20,022 nucleotides of DNA, taken from positions 963,402-983,423 of the forward strand of contig CP070655.1 in NCBI GenBank assembly GCA_020354945.1, in the 5' to 3' direction. Positions 1-8,633 of the stretch are shown in pieces. This DNA comes from Candidatus Omnitrophota bacterium (GTDB lineage Bacteria; Omnitrophota; Gorgyraeia; JABMRG01; JAFGKX01). Under the pieces are notes generated by a model, which searched no databases, had not been told where the DNA came from, and worked only from the letters and a program-made list of their open reading frames with translations. The translations under genes and the position numbers were made by a program. Positions within the stretch are counted from its first letter, which is position 1. Each line of letters starts with the position of its first letter.

Positions 1-2
1 AG

Positions 3-1835
3 GAAGGAGACGTATTTCATTTAGGCAGGATAGTAATAACGCCATCAAGGTTATATCAAGAATATGGACAGGTCTCAAGAGCAACAAATCTTATTACTGA
101 AGAGGAAATCGCAGATAAAAATCCTATGAGAGTGGGAGATTTAATAGAAGATTTACCATCCGCCCTTTTAATGGAGAATGGTTCTCTCGGACATGTCTCA
201 TCAATAAGGTTTAGAGGAGCGACGTCAAGTCAAACCCTTGTATTAATAGATGATATGCCTATAAATAATCCAAGGGATGGCGTGGTTAATCTTTCTGATT
301 ACAGCACTGAAAATATAGAAAGCATAGAAGTAGTGAGAGGTCCTTCCTCAAGCTTATACGGTTCAAGCGCTGTTGGTGGTACAATAAATATTATAACCAA
401 GGAAGGTAAATCTGAAATTCCTGAAACCACATTGACCAGTAGATTCGGAACGTATTATACCCATATACATGAATTGACCCATGGTGCTAAAATAAAATGG
501 TTTGATTACTTTTTATCTACAACAGGTGCCTATTCACGAGGAAGTCGAGATAATTCGGATTATAAAGCAGAGACTGTAAATGGTAATGTAGGATTTGATA
601 TGGGTGACCAGCATCATTTAAAAGTATCTGGTCGTTTACACCAAAGCGAGTTAGGTAGCCCCGGCCATAAATTATATTTTGATAAGGATGATAAACTAGA
701 AGAGAAACAAAACTATTTGAATGCTATATGGGAATCACATTTTGACGATATATTCCAATTGAAACCTCAAGGTTATACAAATTTAGATAGATTAGGATTT
801 GTAGAAACTGTTTATCCTACATTAGACAAAGATACCCATCAGGTAAAAAATAGAGCGCTAAATCTACAAGCATCATATTGCTTATTTAAAGATTACACGG
901 TGATGTTTGGCATCGAAGGAAAAAAACACCTATTGAATAGTTCCTCATCTGGAAAATACTCATATATTGCTCGATCTATGTATGGATTAACTAATCTTAG
1001 GTTTTTTGATATGTTAGATATCGTTGGAGGAGCGCGTGTCGACGACTATTCTACTTTTGGAACTGAGGTTTCTCCGAATATAAATGGGTCGTTGAAAATA
1101 GGACCATTTAAAATCAGAGGTTTAGCTGCCCGTTCTTACAGAGCCCCTACATTTAATGATCTATATTGGCCAACGGAAGAATACTTTCCCGCTTCGTTAA
1201 GTTTTTTATGGCCTATATATGGCAGAGGCGCAAAAGGAAATAGTGAACTTACACCAGAAAAAGGGGAAACTTACGAGATGGGAATTGATAATATAATGGA
1301 TTTTGTTCTGCTAAAAAAATTTCCTGTAGATACTAGAGCTGGAGTGACTGTCTTTCGCACTGAAATGGAAGATTTGATAAACTGGGATATAGACCCAAGC
1401 GATTATTATTGGAAACCTTTCAATGTCAACAAAGCCAGAATAGAAGGAGTAGAATTAGAAGGAGAAGCAGCCATTTTAAAAGATATAAGAGGAAGTTTTA
1501 ATTACACATTCACAAAAGCTAAAGATAAAGACACAAAAAGATACTTAACATACAGACCAAGGCATAAATTCGATTTCTCAGCCTCATATAAACATCCCTG
1601 GGGTATAATTGGAAAATTCCGCAGTCAATATGTTGCCGGTGTATTTACCGATACAGATAATAATATACAAGTAAAACCTTACTGGTTATTCGGGACAGAT
1701 TTGTATTATGATATAGATGAACAGACGCGGTATTTTGTCAATATCGATAATATGTTCAATCGCACATATGAAAAATCGAAAGGATATCCAATGCCGGGTT
1801 TTACTATAACAACAGGAGTGAGAGTAAGATTTTAA
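3..1835 (+). CDS. TonB-dependent outer-membrane receptor, BtuB/cobalamin-like (5'-truncated by the window edge)
   Basis: The frame of ORF 126..1835 is open back to position 3 (EGDVFHLGRIVITPSRLYQEYGQVSRATNLITEEEI), giving a TonB-box-like 'IVITPSR' and the plug start. Plug motifs 'IRFRG...QTLVLIDD' and 'IESIEVVRGPSSSLYGSSAVGGTINIITK'; barrel motifs 'SYRAPTFNDLYW', 'LTPEKG', 'NIDNMFNRTY'; C-terminal Phe. The B12 substrate is inferred from motif similarity and the neighbouring gene. Confidence 0.9.
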   Translation, partial: EGDVFHLGRIVITPSRLYQEYGQVSRATNLITEEEIADKNPMRVGDLIEDLPSALLMENGSLGHVSSIRFRGATSSQTLVLIDDMPINNPRDGVVNLSDYSTENIESIEVVRGPSSSLYGSSAVGGTINIITKEGKSEIPETTLTSRFGTYYTHIHELTHGAKIKWFDYFLSTTGAYSRGSRDNSDYKAETVNGNVGFDMGDQHHLKVSGRLHQSELGSPGHKLYFDKDDKLEEKQNYLNAIWESHFDDIFQLKPQGYTNLDRLGFVETVYPTLDKDTHQVKNRALNLQASYCLFKDYTVMFGIEGKKHLLNSSSSGKYSYIARSMYGLTNLRFFDMLDIVGGARVDDYSTFGTEVSPNINGSLKIGPFKIRGLAARSYRAPTFNDLYWPTEEYFPASLSFLWPIYGRGAKGNSELTPEKGETYEMGIDNIMDFVLLKKFPVDTRAGVTVFRTEMEDLINWDIDPSDYYWKPFNVNKARIEGVELEGEAAILKDIRGSFNYTFTKAKDKDTKRYLTYRPRHKFDFSASYKHPWGIIGKFRSQYVAGVFTDTDNNIQVKPYWLFGTDLYYDIDEQTRYFVNIDNMFNRTYEKSKGYPMPGFTITTGVRVRF

Positions 1836-1844
1836 AGGAATTTG

Positions 1845-1873
1845 TTGCATCACATGAATTAGCCTGTTATACT
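1845..1873 (+). promoter_or_regulatory. Putative sigma70 promoter for the DUF71 gene
   Basis: TTGCAT (1845-1850), 17-nt spacer, TATACT (1868-1873), with extended -10 TG at 1865-1866. Confidence 0.55.
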
Positions 1874-1938
1874 AAAAATATAAATTATCCATATTGGAAA
1901 AGCATAAAAGTTAATCGGAAAATCAAAATAGTAGAATT

Positions 1939-2634
1939 ATGGTTGAGAAAGCCCTTTTTACCTGGAGCGGTGGAAAAGACAGCGCCATGGCTCTTTATGA
2001 ATTAAAGAAAAACCACGATTATGAAATATTAGCATTGTTAACAACCGTAACAGATGATTACCGTAGAGTCAGTATGCATGGTGTGCGGAATATACTTCTT
2101 GAACAACAAGCAAAATCTTTAGGTCTGCATCTTGATAAGATTTATATCACAAAAAATTCATCCGACCAGGACTATAAAGCGAGAATGAAAGAAAAGCTAA
2201 TATACTATCGAAATCAAGGTATTTTATCTGTGGTTTTTGGAGACATTTTTCTTGAAGGCCCTAGAAGGTATCGGGAAGAAAACCTATCAAGAATAGATAT
2301 GAAGGCAATTTTTCCGATATGGAAGAGGGATACTACTAAACTGGCTCAAGCATTTATAGATTTAAGATTTAAGGCTATTATTACTTGCGTTGATTCAAGA
2401 GTACTAGATAAGACATTTATTGGAAGAATTTTTGATGAACAACTTTTATCTGAACTCCCCTCTACAGTTGACCCTTGTGGTGAGAACGGCGAATTTCATT
2501 CATTTGTGTATGAGGGGCCAATATTTAAAAATAGAATATCATATACGGTTGGAGAAGTTATTTTAAGAGATAATCGTTTTTATTATTGCGATTTATTGCC
2601 TGCTAAAAAGGATAAAGTTTATTCTGCACGTTAA
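1939..2634 (+). CDS. Diphthine-ammonia ligase-like (DUF71/Dph6, MJ0570-domain) PP-loop ATP pyrophosphatase
   Basis: PP-loop 'WSGGKDS', 'RVSMHGVR', 'VFGDIFLE', and the 'VDPCGENGEFHSFVYEGPIF' family signature. Confidence 0.9.
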   Translation: MVEKALFTWSGGKDSAMALYELKKNHDYEILALLTTVTDDYRRVSMHGVRNILLEQQAKSLGLHLDKIYITKNSSDQDYKARMKEKLIYYRNQGILSVVFGDIFLEGPRRYREENLSRIDMKAIFPIWKRDTTKLAQAFIDLRFKAIITCVDSRVLDKTFIGRIFDEQLLSELPSTVDPCGENGEFHSFVYEGPIFKNRISYTVGEVILRDNRFYYCDLLPAKKDKVYSAR

Positions 2635-2654
2635 ATTTGATTTAGATATGAGCA

Positions 2655-2683
2655 TTGACAGCTCTCCATGTTGATTATATAAT
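2655..2683 (+). promoter_or_regulatory. Consensus sigma70 promoter
   Basis: Perfect TTGACA (2655-2660), 17-nt spacer, TATAAT (2678-2683); SD-like AGGTGA at 2691-2696 before ATG 2704. Confidence 0.8.
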
Positions 2684-2703
2684 ATAGAATAGGTGAAAGT
2701 ATT

Positions 2704-3390
2704 ATGTTTGCAGATAGAATATTAAGAAATTCTTTAATGCTTTCCATTGTTGTGCATACTATCGTTATATTTAATGCCAGGCCCTTTAAAATCTTCCATA
2801 ATATACAAACTAATCCCAGGAAACTGGAGGTTACCTATTATAGAAAAGTAGGTAACATTTTACCAAAAGCCTTTATAAGCCCTAAAGAAAAAATAGCAAG
2901 CTCCGTTAGAAAAGAATTTTCTAACGTGGCAGAGCCTGCTTTGGCAGATAGACAAAGGGAGCCTTTTAAAAAAAGGATAAAATCTGCTAATGAAATTCGC
3001 AAGCCGTTTACCCCATCTACAGAAAAGATTAAATTCTCTAAAGCCGCCATAGAACAGGATAAGATGTTAATTTTTCATGATTCTAAAGATTTATCCGGCA
3101 ATCCATCTTATTTAAAATATCATAATATAGTAAGATCTAAGATCGAACAAACGGCTAACAGTAACAAACCTTATATTTTTAGAATAGGTGAAGTAAATCT
3201 TATGTTTACCATACTTAATAGCGGCGATTTAAAAAATGTGAATTTAGTAAATAATGGCTCAGTTACAGATCCTGTTCTGCGGCAGTGCGCGCTGGACAGT
3301 GTGTATGCCGCTTCACCATTCCCACCATTTACCGGAGACATGAAAGAAGACCACCTGACCCTCCAGGTTACAATTTCCTTTGTAAATTAA
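2704..3390 (+). CDS. TonB/TolA-like energy transducer (N-terminal TM anchor plus TonB C-terminal domain)
   Basis: N-terminal TM with SxxxH motif ('LSIVVH'); charged linker; C-terminal 'YHNIVRSKIE...GEVNLMFTILNSGDL...ALDSVYAASPFPPF' typical of TonB/TolA C domains. Confidence 0.75.
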   Translation: MFADRILRNSLMLSIVVHTIVIFNARPFKIFHNIQTNPRKLEVTYYRKVGNILPKAFISPKEKIASSVRKEFSNVAEPALADRQREPFKKRIKSANEIRKPFTPSTEKIKFSKAAIEQDKMLIFHDSKDLSGNPSYLKYHNIVRSKIEQTANSNKPYIFRIGEVNLMFTILNSGDLKNVNLVNNGSVTDPVLRQCALDSVYAASPFPPFTGDMKEDHLTLQVTISFVN

Positions 3391-3392
3391 AT

Positions 3393-3420
3393 TTGACATT
3401 ATTAGTATACGTGTTATAAT
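3393..3420 (+). promoter_or_regulatory. Consensus sigma70 promoter for rpsU and probably the downstream operon
   Basis: TTGACA (3393-3398), 16-nt spacer, TATAAT (3415-3420), extended -10 TG at 3412-3413. Confidence 0.8.
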
Positions 3421-3435
3421 AAGCGAACGATATTA

Positions 3436-3485
3436 ATCCCCATGCCAATTATTATAAAAATGCTGAAACATAATTGGCGCGGGAT
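3436..3485 (+). promoter_or_regulatory. Stem-loop in the rpsU 5' leader
   Basis: ATCCC (3436-3440) pairs with GGGAT (3481-3485); GCCAATTAT (3444-3452) pairs with ATAATTGGC (3470-3478); 17-nt loop. Confidence 0.55.
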
Positions 3486-3506
3486 GAATGAAGGGGGGAG
3501 ATTTGC

Positions 3507-3683
3507 TTGCCAAAAGTAGACGTAAGGCATGGTGAGCCTATAGAAAGGGCTTTACGCAGGCTCAAGAAAAAGATTGAACGTGAAGGGACTCTAAAGGAAA
3601 TCAGGGCCCGTAAACATTACGAAAAACCAAGTGTCAAAAGGCGAAGAAAGCAAAAAGAGGCTGGCAAGCGCAAAAGAAGATAA
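3507..3683 (+). CDS. rpsU: 30S ribosomal protein bS21 (58 aa; not in ORF track)
   Basis: Manual translation from TTG 3507: MPKVDVRHGEPIERALRRLKKKIEREGTLKEIRARKHYEKPSVKRRRKQKEAGKRKRR*. It has the S21 hallmarks 'ALRRLKK' and 'HYEKPS'; SD AAGGGGGGAG at 3491-3500. Confidence 0.97.
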   Translation: MPKVDVRHGEPIERALRRLKKKIEREGTLKEIRARKHYEKPSVKRRRKQKEAGKRKRR

Positions 3684-3702
3684 TACGCTTTGCGCCCCTA
3701 AA

Positions 3703-6345
3703 ATGATGGCTGAAAAAAGAGCTATTATTACATCGGTATGTGTTATTATGATAGCTCTTTTTTTATTTTTCACAGGTTCTTTATCTGCTGAAGAAGCTGA
3801 TGCTCCTGTTAATGATGAATTTTTATCTATTGGCGCTGAGAGGTTTTTATTAGACAATGGCCTGAATGTAATATTAAAAAGGGATAGTCGTACTCCCACC
3901 GTTGCGGTTACCTTATTGGTCAACGCAGGTTCAGCTACAGAAGGCACGTACACAGGCTCGGGCACAACCCATTTTATAGAGCATATGATGTTTAAGGGTA
4001 CCACCAGCTACACAGCGGTTCAATTAGAGAATAAATTAAAATCTCTTGGTGCTGAAACTGGCGCATTTACAAGTTATGATTATACATGTTTTAAAGTGCA
4101 GGCTCCTGCTGCTTCGCTGGGAGAAATTTTGCATATAATTACTGATATGGTAGAAAATCCGGCATTTCTAAAAGAAGAATTTCAACATGAAAAAGAAGTT
4201 ATTTTAAGAGAGATAGATATGGGCGATGATGACCCTGAGAAGTATTTATATAAGCTATTTCAGCAAACAGCGTATATACAACATCCATATAAAAATCCGG
4301 TTATAGGATATAAGGAGGTTTTTAAGCGTCTTGAGCTTTCGGATTTGACATCATACTATAATGAATTTTACATACCAAATAATATGATTCTTTCCATTGC
4401 CGGAGATATAGAGCCTTCACTCGCTTTGCAGGACGTGAAGCAGACATTAGGCACCCTAAATAGAGAAAGATTTACTCCGCCTGTAGTATCTGCTGAGCCG
4501 GAGCAGATTTCAAGCAGGGAATTTTTTGAAAACTTTTCTGTTTCACGCCCAAGGGCGCTGATTGGATTTCATGCTGTTGCGGTAAATCACCCTGATTTGT
4601 ACTCACTGGATACTTTAGCCATTATATTAGGAGGAGGGTTAACTTCGCGCCTGTATGAAACCTTACATGATGATAAGGGTTTAGTCCATTCCATAGGGTC
4701 TTATAACTATACCCCACGGCATCCAGGGTTTTTTGTTATATCTTTCGTAGCGAAACAGAAGTCGGTTAAAGAAACAATAGAAGTTGTCAAAGAAGAAATC
4801 AAGAAAATAAAACAATCGCCTCCGAAAGAAATGGAATTAAAGAGAGCTAAAACTAAGGTTTTAAGTTCTTATTTATTGGGGTTAGAGACCCAACAGAACA
4901 AAGCAGATACTTTAGCTGCTAATTTTGCCTTGACCGGCGATTTGGATTTCTCAGGCAAATATGTAAAAGGCATAGAAAATGTAACTGCCGATGATATAAC
5001 GGAGGCTGCCTCGAAGTACTTAACAGAAGAAAATATGACCATAGCGGGGTTGGTCCCTGGAGGTTATGAGGAAGAAAAGGGCATAGAGCACGCTTTGATC
5101 GAAGAAGCAGAAAAACCTCAAACCATAAAAAAGGTCCTCCCTAATGGTTTAGCAGTAGTTATGACAGAAAATCACACCAACCCGGTTTGTTCTATCATAG
5201 TATCGATTAAAGGGGGCTTGAGAGCAGAAGATGCAAAGTGCAACGGAATATCTAACCTGGCAGTTTCCACGATGCCTAAAGGCACCAGCCGTTATAAAAA
5301 AGACCAGCTCACAGATTTGATCGAATCACTGGGCGTGCAATTCACTCCGTATAGTGGCAACAATAGTTTTGGTTTTATAATAAATTTTATGAGTAAAGAT
5401 ACAGAAAAAGTAATTGATTTATTGGCACATATCTTATTGCACCCTACTTTTTCGGAAGAAGAAGTAAATATTGTAAAAACTGATGTATTAGCAGGGATAG
5501 AACTTATCCGGGATGATATATTCAAATATACCAATCTTTCATTAAGAAAATCGCTTTTTCAAAAACACCCATATAGACTTATTTCCATCGGAAGTAAGGA
5601 GTCGGTTTCGGGAATTTCAAAAGCCGATTTAATAGACTTTCACAAAAAATTTTGCGTTGCTAAAAATACCGTAATTTCTATATGCGGCAATATAGACGAA
5701 GAAAATGTTTTCAAAATCCTTGAGGATAAATTCGAAAATATGCCTGAAGGCGAAATTTTCCAAGTCGAACAGATGAAAATAGATACTCGTCCCCGGTCGA
5801 GGAAAATCTCTGAGCATATGGATAAAAGACAGGCAGTAGTAATGATAGGTTTTAAGGGGGCAAGTTTGTATGATGAGGACCGCTACCCTTTGCAGGTACT
5901 TTCTTCGCTTTTTTCAGGCGGCTCCGGCAGGCTTTATTCGCAAATAAGGCAGAAGGAGGGCCTGGCCTATACATTAGGCACTTTTGGGATGGTAGGTTTG
6001 GATACAGGGGCATTTATTTTTTATGCTGCAACAACTCCTCAGAATGCAAACAATGTAAAGACAAGTATAATCTCTCAGATTCGTCAAATATCGGCCGGTA
6101 AAATAACAGAGGAAGAAATCAACGCTGCCAAGAAGTCGCTGATTACAAAATATCAGTTGAGCATCCAAAGCAATGGGGGCCTTGCTCTGCAAACAGGGCT
6201 TGACGAATTATACGGTTTGGGTTACGATTATCATGTACATTATCCCGATGTTATAAATTCTATTTCTAAAAAAGATTTGATAATTGCCGCAAAAAAATAT
6301 TTTAAATTAAATAAAAGTGTAACGGTTGTTACCACGCCTAAGTAA
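3703..6345 (+). CDS. M16 (pitrilysin/PqqL-like) zinc metallopeptidase, two-half fusion, with predicted signal peptide
   Basis: Inverted zincin motif HFIEH in 'GTTHFIEHMMFKGT'; second half lacks the motif (NLAVSTM) and carries 'RQKEGLAY'. Start moved to ATG 3703 (or 3706) because the GTG at 3631 lies inside rpsU. Hydrophobic N-terminus ending 'SLSA-EE'. Confidence 0.92.
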   Translation: MMAEKRAIITSVCVIMIALFLFFTGSLSAEEADAPVNDEFLSIGAERFLLDNGLNVILKRDSRTPTVAVTLLVNAGSATEGTYTGSGTTHFIEHMMFKGTTSYTAVQLENKLKSLGAETGAFTSYDYTCFKVQAPAASLGEILHIITDMVENPAFLKEEFQHEKEVILREIDMGDDDPEKYLYKLFQQTAYIQHPYKNPVIGYKEVFKRLELSDLTSYYNEFYIPNNMILSIAGDIEPSLALQDVKQTLGTLNRERFTPPVVSAEPEQISSREFFENFSVSRPRALIGFHAVAVNHPDLYSLDTLAIILGGGLTSRLYETLHDDKGLVHSIGSYNYTPRHPGFFVISFVAKQKSVKETIEVVKEEIKKIKQSPPKEMELKRAKTKVLSSYLLGLETQQNKADTLAANFALTGDLDFSGKYVKGIENVTADDITEAASKYLTEENMTIAGLVPGGYEEEKGIEHALIEEAEKPQTIKKVLPNGLAVVMTENHTNPVCSIIVSIKGGLRAEDAKCNGISNLAVSTMPKGTSRYKKDQLTDLIESLGVQFTPYSGNNSFGFIINFMSKDTEKVIDLLAHILLHPTFSEEEVNIVKTDVLAGIELIRDDIFKYTNLSLRKSLFQKHPYRLISIGSKESVSGISKADLIDFHKKFCVAKNTVISICGNIDEENVFKILEDKFENMPEGEIFQVEQMKIDTRPRSRKISEHMDKRQAVVMIGFKGASLYDEDRYPLQVLSSLFSGGSGRLYSQIRQKEGLAYTLGTFGMVGLDTGAFIFYAATTPQNANNVKTSIISQIRQISAGKITEEEINAAKKSLITKYQLSIQSNGGLALQTGLDELYGLGYDYHVHYPDVINSISKKDLIIAAKKYFKLNKSVTVVTTPK

Positions 6346-6351
6346 TGAGTC

Positions 6352-7254
6352 ATGGCGGCGTCCCCAAAGGAAATGAGCAAGATCCCGGATAATTTTGGTG
6401 CTTTAGAAGATAAATACTCTGAATATAAAAAATCGAAAGTGGCTATTATCCCTATTCCTTATGAGATAACCACTACATACATTAAAGGGACCAAAAAAGC
6501 TCCTAGAGCAATAATAGAGGCTTCAAAAAATATGGAGTTGTATGATGAAGAGCTTGATAGAGTTGTTGCAGATATTGGGATATCTACTTTAGCGCCCCTT
6601 AAGATAACAAAGAAACCGGGAGTAATGGTTAGTAAAGTAAAAACCCGCTGCCTAAAAGTTCTAAATGATAACAAATTTCCGGTTGTAATAGGCGGGGAGC
6701 ATTCAATTTCAATCGGCTCCCTCTTTGCATTAAAAGAAAAATATCCGGATATTTCTGTACTTTCCCTTGATGCCCATGCTGATTTGCGGGGTGAGTATGA
6801 AGGTTCAAAATACAATCATGCCTGCGTTATGGCGAGAATCAGAGAACATTGTGATGCGGTTCAGGCCGGTGTAAGAAGCTTAAGTTTTGAGGAATCCGAG
6901 ACGATTAAAGAGAACCATTATAAGGTTATGTGGGCAAAAGATAAAACAAACATAACCGGTTGGGTTAAAGAAATTTTGGACAATCTCAATAAGGATGTTT
7001 ATATTACCGTTGATACCGATGTCTTTGACCCTTCTTTAATACCTGCTGTAGGCACCCCTGAACCTGGGGGCCTTGATTGGGATGATGTATTAACGGCAAC
7101 AAAAGCTGTATTTAAAGAAAAAAATGTTGTTGGGTTTGATGTTGTAGAGCTATGTCCGGATTCAACATCTAAAACTGCCGATTTCATAACAGCGAAGTTA
7201 ATTTATAAGATGCTGGGGTATAAATTCTTTTTAGTCAAAAAGCGGAGGAATTAG
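6352..7254 (+). CDS. speB: Agmatinase (ureohydrolase family)
   Basis: Motifs 'GGEHS', 'DAHADL', 'DTDVFDP', 'GTPEPGG', 'DVVEL'; adjacent to arginine decarboxylase. Alternative start at 6373. Confidence 0.93.
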   Translation: MAASPKEMSKIPDNFGALEDKYSEYKKSKVAIIPIPYEITTTYIKGTKKAPRAIIEASKNMELYDEELDRVVADIGISTLAPLKITKKPGVMVSKVKTRCLKVLNDNKFPVVIGGEHSISIGSLFALKEKYPDISVLSLDAHADLRGEYEGSKYNHACVMARIREHCDAVQAGVRSLSFEESETIKENHYKVMWAKDKTNITGWVKEILDNLNKDVYITVDTDVFDPSLIPAVGTPEPGGLDWDDVLTATKAVFKEKNVVGFDVVELCPDSTSKTADFITAKLIYKMLGYKFFLVKKRRN

Positions 7255-7258
7255 AAGA

Positions 7259-7801
7259 ATGACACCGACAAAGATGTTTTTTACAAAAGGGGTTGGGGTA
7301 AATAAAGACAAACTGGCTGCTTTTGAAGCAGCATTAAGGGATGCCGGAATTGAAAGATGCAATTTAGTTTGCGTATCGAGCATTTTCCCGCCAAATTGTA
7401 AGATATTAAGCAGAGAAGAAGGTTTAAAACTTCTTAAGCCGGGTGAGATTACATATGTTGTTATGGACAGAAATGAGACCAGTGAACCAAACAGACTTGT
7501 TTCTGCCGCAATAGGTTTTGCGAAAACCAGCGACCCTAATTTATACGGTTATATTTCAGAACATCATGCCTATGGCGAAGTAGCAAAAAAATCCGGTGAA
7601 TATGCAGAAGACTTGGCAGCGACGATGTTAGCCACTACCCTGGGTGTGCAATTTAACCCGGATACTGCCTGGGATGAAAGAAAGCAGGAATATATAGCAA
7701 GCGGATATATAACCAAAACATCTAATACATGCCAGTCAGCCCAGGGCAACAAAGATGGCTTATGGACTTCAGTACTTGCCGCAGCAGTATTTTTAGAATA
7801 G
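7259..7801 (+). CDS. pdaD: Pyruvoyl-dependent arginine decarboxylase
   Basis: '[25 protein letters not shown]' with the Ser-Ser self-cleavage site; 'YGYISEHH'; '[14 protein letters not shown]'. Confidence 0.9.
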   Translation: MTPTKMFFTKGVGVNKDKLAAFEAALRDAGIERCNLVCVSSIFPPNCKILSREEGLKLLKPGEITYVVMDRNETSEPNRLVSAAIGFAKTSDPNLYGYISEHHAYGEVAKKSGEYAEDLAATMLATTLGVQFNPDTAWDERKQEYIASGYITKTSNTCQSAQGNKDGLWTSVLAAAVFLE

Positions 7802-7802
7802 G

Positions 7803-7819
7803 GGGGACAGGTCCCAATA
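7803..7819. repeat. 17-nt palindromic intergenic repeat GGGGACAGGTCCCAATA, copy 1
   Basis: Identical to 14225-14241; contains the inverted repeat GGGAC-AG-GTCCC; fills most of the 19-nt pdaD-amrB spacer. Confidence 0.85.
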
Positions 7820-7820
7820 G

Positions 7821-8633
7821 ATGAAACGTCAACCTTCAGTAGCAGGTCAATTTTATCCGGGAACAGAGGCTTCCCTTAGAAAGGAAGTTCAGCGGTTAAT
7901 AGGCATAAGCAAGAGCGCCGCCAAAGAAAAGGCAATCGGTGTAGTATCCCCTCACGCCGGATATATGTATTCAGGGGCTGTTGCGGGTTGTGTGTTTTCC
8001 TCAATAGAAATACCTGAGACCATAATTATCTTAGGACCAAATCACACCGGCGCAGGAGCAAGATTTTCACTATTCAAAGAGGGCATCTGGAACACCCCTC
8101 TGGGCGATGTCGAAATAGATAATGAGTTAGCGGAGATTATCTTAAAAAAATGCAGATTCCTTAAAGAAGATACCAAGGCCCATATGCATGAACACTCATT
8201 AGAAGTACAGCTTCCATTTATGCAATATCTTAAAGGTGCAGATTTTAAGATAGTGCCTATGGTCCTTTCTGCTTATGAGCTGGATGCTTACAAGGATCTC
8301 GGTAACTCAATAGCCTCTGCAATTAAGCAATTAAAGAAAGAAGCCCTCATTGTTGCGAGCAGTGATATGACCCATTACGAAGACCAAAAATCAGCAGAAA
8401 GGAAGGATAAAATTGCTATCGAAGCCATGCTCAATTTAGATGAAATTCAGCTTATGCATAAAGTGGAGGCCTTAAACATAAGTATGTGCGGATATATACC
8501 GGCAGCTGTTATGCTCATTGCTGCAAAAGGGTTAGGAGCAAAGCAGGCTGAGCTTATAAAATATCAAACCAGCGGAGATGCAACCGGAGATTATAATGCC
8601 GTAGTCGGTTATGCAGGCATTGTAGTGAAATGA
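7821..8633 (+). CDS. amrB: AmmeMemoRadiSam system protein B (MEMO1 family)
   Basis: 'RQPSVAGQFYP', 'SPHAGYMYSG', 'LGPNHTG', 'EHSLEVQLPF', 'ASSDMTHY', 'SMCG', 'VVGYAG'. Confidence 0.92.
   Translation: MKRQPSVAGQFYPGTEASLRKEVQRLIGISKSAAKEKAIGVVSPHAGYMYSGAVAGCVFSSIEIPETIIILGPNHTGAGARFSLFKEGIWNTPLGDVEIDNELAEIILKKCRFLKEDTKAHMHEHSLEVQLPFMQYLKGADFKIVPMVLSAYELDAYKDLGNSIASAIKQLKKEALIVASSDMTHYEDQKSAERKDKIAIEAMLNLDEIQLMHKVEALNISMCGYIPAAVMLIAAKGLGAKQAELIKYQTSGDATGDYNAVVGYAGIVVK

Noticed and set aside
126-128. ATG 126 as start of the TonB-dependent receptor
   Set aside because: The frame is open to the window edge with TonB-box and plug sequence upstream; the true start lies outside the window.
1836-1938. 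Cobalamin riboswitch between the receptor and the DUF71 gene
   Set aside because: AT-rich, about 100 nt, no B12-box-like motif; explained by a promoter.
1-2650. Apparently higher AT content suggesting a horizontally acquired island
   Set aside because: Judged by eye only; aroQ and the Xaa-Pro peptidase look similarly AT-rich, and there are no mobility genes or boundary repeats.
3631-3702. N-terminal extension of the 904-aa M16 ORF from GTG 3631
   Set aside because: It overlaps rpsU (3507-3683) in another frame; the signal peptide begins at ATG 3703/3706.
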